This document shows, in pieces, positions 61,527 through 64,000 of a stretch of DNA of 64,000 nt. Where the stretch lies: the NCBI GenBank assembly GCA_900553395.1, contig USDJ01000002.1, positions 66,525-130,524 of the forward strand, written 5' to 3'. The notes under the pieces were generated by a model that worked only from the letters and a program-made list of their open reading frames with translations, was not told the origin of the DNA and ran no database searches. How positions within the stretch are numbered: position 1 is the stretch's first letter; each line of letters opens with the position of its first letter. Source of the DNA: an uncultured Mycoplasmatota bacterium. Its GTDB lineage: Bacteria; Bacillota_I; Bacilli_A; RF39; UBA660. Made by a program: the position numbers and the translations under genes.

Positions 61527-62624
61527 CTAATTTAAGTCTTTTAAAGATTCTAGCACGAATTTACCGTCTTTACGTATTAATACATCGTCAAAATAAATTT
61601 CTCCTCCGCCATAATCTTCTCTTTGTATCAATACTAAATCCCAGTGTATACTTGATTTATTTCCATTATCGCAATCTTCATAACACCTACCTGGTGTAAA
61701 ATGAATGCTTCCCATAATTTTTTCATCGTATAAAATATCGCCCATTGGATTTAATATTCTAGGATTAAATCCTAATGAAAACTCCCCTATATATCTAGCG
61801 CCCTCATCAGTATCAAATATTTTATCTAATTCATCTTGATGTTCTAAAACAGTTGCGCAAACTATTTTACCATTTTTAAATTCTAATCTAATATTGCTAA
61901 ATACATTTCCATTATAAGGACTTTTAGTATTATAAGTTATAACACCATTTACTGAATCTTTTATAGGTGCGGTATAAAGCTCACCATCTGGAATATTTGC
62001 AGTACCACAGCAAGGTATTGCAGGCATACCTTTTATACTAAAAGTAATATCAGTATCTGGTCCAAGTATTCTAACTCTATCAGTTTTTTCCATTAAATCT
62101 TTTAAAGGTTTAATTTTTTCATTAAGTGATCTATAATCAACATTCATAACATCTAATGAATAATTATAAAAATCATCATACTTCATACCTGACTTATATG
62201 CATCAATAAGTGATGGATAGTTTAATAAAACCCATCTTCTTTTATTAATTCTTATGTCATCTATCTCTTCTGACTTTTCACCCAATTTTTTTCTAATTAA
62301 AGAACTTACATTTTTATCTTCATACTCATTTTCCGTATAGCAAATTCTGATAAAACAATCAAAATTATCTACTTCATAAGTCTTCATCTTAACCATTTCA
62401 TCAAGAGTATTATCATCTGCTTTTTCTAAAATTAAAGAACTTAATTCATTATCTAATAGCTTAACGAAGGGTATTCCTTTATTCTTATAAATATCATTTA
62501 TCAAACATTTAACAAGAGGTTTACATGCATCATTTTCATATTGTATAAGTACTCTATCATTCTCTTTAACAGAAACTGAATAATTAACAATAGTATTGCT
62601 CAATTTTTCAATTCTCAAATCCAT
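61527..62624 (-). CDS. Aminopeptidase, M29 (AmpS/PepS) family
   Basis: MDLRIEKLSNTIVNYSVSVKENDRVLI N-terminus and metal-binding region (EGARYIGEFSLGFNP...SIHWDL) typical of thermophilic-type M29 aminopeptidases. Confidence 0.7.
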   Translation of the reverse strand: MDLRIEKLSNTIVNYSVSVKENDRVLIQYENDACKPLVKCLINDIYKNKGIPFVKLLDNELSSLILEKADDNTLDEMVKMKTYEVDNFDCFIRICYTENEYEDKNVSSLIRKKLGEKSEEIDDIRINKRRWVLLNYPSLIDAYKSGMKYDDFYNYSLDVMNVDYRSLNEKIKPLKDLMEKTDRVRILGPDTDITFSIKGMPAIPCCGTANIPDGELYTAPIKDSVNGVITYNTKSPYNGNVFSNIRLEFKNGKIVCATVLEHQDELDKIFDTDEGARYIGEFSLGFNPRILNPMGDILYDEKIMGSIHFTPGRCYEDCDNGNKSSIHWDLVLIQREDYGGGEIYFDDVLIRKDGKFVLESLKDLN

Positions 62625-62630
62625 TTTATC

Positions 62631-62657
62631 ACCTATTCCCTCTATTTACATATTATA
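62631..62657 (+). promoter_or_regulatory. Candidate SigK-type promoter (AC-16 nt-CATATTATA) upstream of the Gly/Tyr-rich ORF
   Basis: Matches the mother-cell sigmaK consensus AC-16/17-CATAnnnTA; it ends about 19 nt before the ATG. Confidence 0.25.
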
Positions 62658-62675
62658 ACATGAAAGGAGTTTTTT

Positions 62676-62891
62676 ATGTATAATAACTATCAAATTCCAA
62701 CAAATTTTACAAATGGAAACAATTCTAGATTCGTAGGCGGTGGATTTTTAGGCCCATTTTTATTAGGTGGTATCACAGGAGGTCTTGTCTCTCCACTATT
62801 TTATGGCGGTTATAATAGGCCTTATTACTACAACAATTACTATTATCCAACATATCAGCCATATCCATATTATTATACTAGACCATATTAA
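62676..62891 (+). CDS. Small Gly/Tyr-rich protein (71 aa), possible spore coat/crust-type protein
   Basis: Strong RBS AAAGGAG 8 nt upstream; composition GGGFLGPFLLGGITGG then PYYYNNYYYPTYQPYPYYYTRPY; own terminator. Confidence 0.5.
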   Translation: MYNNYQIPTNFTNGNNSRFVGGGFLGPFLLGGITGGLVSPLFYGGYNRPYYYNNYYYPTYQPYPYYYTRPY

Positions 62892-62912
62892 AATCAGGAA
62901 ACTGATTTTTTC
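62891..62912 (+). terminator. Rho-independent terminator of the Gly/Tyr-rich gene
   Basis: aaatcag-gaaa-ctgatt hairpin plus TTTTTTC. Confidence 0.5.
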
Positions 62913-62913
62913 T

Positions 62914-62942
62914 TTGATTTACTACTAAAAGTATTGTATAAT
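62914..62942 (+). promoter_or_regulatory. SigA promoter TTGATT-17-TGnTATAAT for the aminotransferase gene
   Basis: -35 at 62914-62919, an extended -10 TG at 62935-36 and TATAAT at 62937-62942. Confidence 0.55.
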
Positions 62943-62957
62943 AATTGTGGTGATAGA

Positions 62958-64000
62958 ATGATTCTAAATAAAATTAAAAGAGGCATTAAACAATTATTAG
63001 GTGAAAACATAGAAATAATAAGTAGTAATTATTCAGAGAAAAATTTTCCTGAAAGTTTAAAACGTTTTACAGATGATAATCCAAATGTATTAGAAAATTA
63101 TAGTCAGTTTGGTAAAAGAAAAGATAAAAAAGAATTTTACCCTGCAATAAAAAAAATCGAAACAGGATTTAATCTCTTATATAAAGAATTACCAGAATAT
63201 GATGAGGAAAATTATAAGCCTATAGAAGAAATATATACTGTAAGAACTGGAAACCCAATAAAATCAAAACCTTTCCCTATGGCTAAGGAATATATACTAA
63301 GAATAGCTTTAAGCAAATACCTATTTAGATACCCATCTATAGAAGGTCACATAAAAGCTAGAGCGCATTTTGTAAATTATTTAATTCGTGAAGGATTTAA
63401 AAAAGATAAAGATAAATCATACGATGGATTAGGCATTGAAAATGTAATATTTGCTTGCTCTACTACACATGCATACAATATGATTTTAAGTTCTATCTTA
63501 AGAGATGAAGACGTAGTCATTATGACTGGGCCAAATTATGGATTATTTGCTGTAGACCCAGAAAGAATGAATGGAAAAGTAGAGATTTTAGATTTAAAAG
63601 AAGAAGATGACTTCTACGTTAATCCAAATGATTTAGCTAAAAAAATTGATGAAGTAAATTTAAAATTAAAGGAAAAATTTGAAGGAAAACTCGACTACAC
63701 ACCAAGAGTAGTAGCATTTCTTAATATGAATCCACATAATCCATTAGGAAAAGTTATGAACAGTAAAAATGTTGATATTTTAAAAGGAATTGGTGACGTT
63801 TGTCTTGAAAAAGGGGTATTTGTAATAGATGATTTAATATATAGAGATCTAACTTATGATCAAAATGATTTAGCAATACCAATGGCATCTTTTCCAAAAT
63901 ATTTTAACAACACCATTAGTCTGTTTGGATTATCTAAATCTTATGGTTTGGCTGGTATTAGAGCTGGTGCCGTAGTAGCTCCTATTCCAATTGCTAGAGG
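62958..64000 (+). CDS. PLP-dependent class I/II aminotransferase, 5' part (runs off the window end)
   Basis: ORF open to the window end; fold-type I aminotransferase pattern with the SKSYGLAGIRAG PLP-lysine motif (S-K-x-x-G-x-x-G-x-R). Confidence 0.7.
   Translation, partial: MILNKIKRGIKQLLGENIEIISSNYSEKNFPESLKRFTDDNPNVLENYSQFGKRKDKKEFYPAIKKIETGFNLLYKELPEYDEENYKPIEEIYTVRTGNPIKSKPFPMAKEYILRIALSKYLFRYPSIEGHIKARAHFVNYLIREGFKKDKDKSYDGLGIENVIFACSTTHAYNMILSSILRDEDVVIMTGPNYGLFAVDPERMNGKVEILDLKEEDDFYVNPNDLAKKIDEVNLKLKEKFEGKLDYTPRVVAFLNMNPHNPLGKVMNSKNVDILKGIGDVCLEKGVFVIDDLIYRDLTYDQNDLAIPMASFPKYFNNTISLFGLSKSYGLAGIRAGAVVAPIPIAR

Overview
This is a 64 kb chromosomal segment of a very AT-rich, anaerobic, endospore-forming Firmicute (Clostridia-like). 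Almost every gene is on the minus strand; the only plus-strand block is recU-ponA. Most of the window is conserved housekeeping in Bacillus/Clostridium-like synteny: dnaB-dnaI, secG, an M16 peptidase pair, rpoZ, pdp, lepB-rplS, rplU-prp-rpmA with spoIVFA/spoIVFB-like genes upstream of rplU, rodZ-pgsA, the RNase P RNA gene (rnpB), gpsB, nth-dnaD, tig, rpe-rsgA-prkC-stp-rlmN, PFOR, spo0A, tpiA/pgk, nrnA, dinB, pflA-pflB-ligA and a U32 peptidase. There are no tRNA, rRNA, CRISPR or mobile-element signatures. The accessory, unusual content sits mostly in the 32-62 kb half. (1) A family of four prepilin-type (FTLIELL class III signal) genes scattered as singletons, with no pilus assembly genes in the window. 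Two carry a C-terminal BspA-type leucine-rich-repeat array, a pilin-LRR fusion. One has a Cys-rich globular C-domain. One is a decayed pseudogene. (2) A translationally coupled pair of genes built from mTERF-like repeats, in a bacterium. (3) A tandem pair of paralogous unknown genes with a perfectly identical 262-bp conversion tract. (4) A two-gene operon encoding a coiled-coil protein with a central hydrophobic hairpin plus a pol-beta-type nucleotidyltransferase. (5) A Gly/Tyr-rich 71-aa ORF with a sigmaK-like promoter. All identifications rest on motifs recognised by eye; no database search was run.
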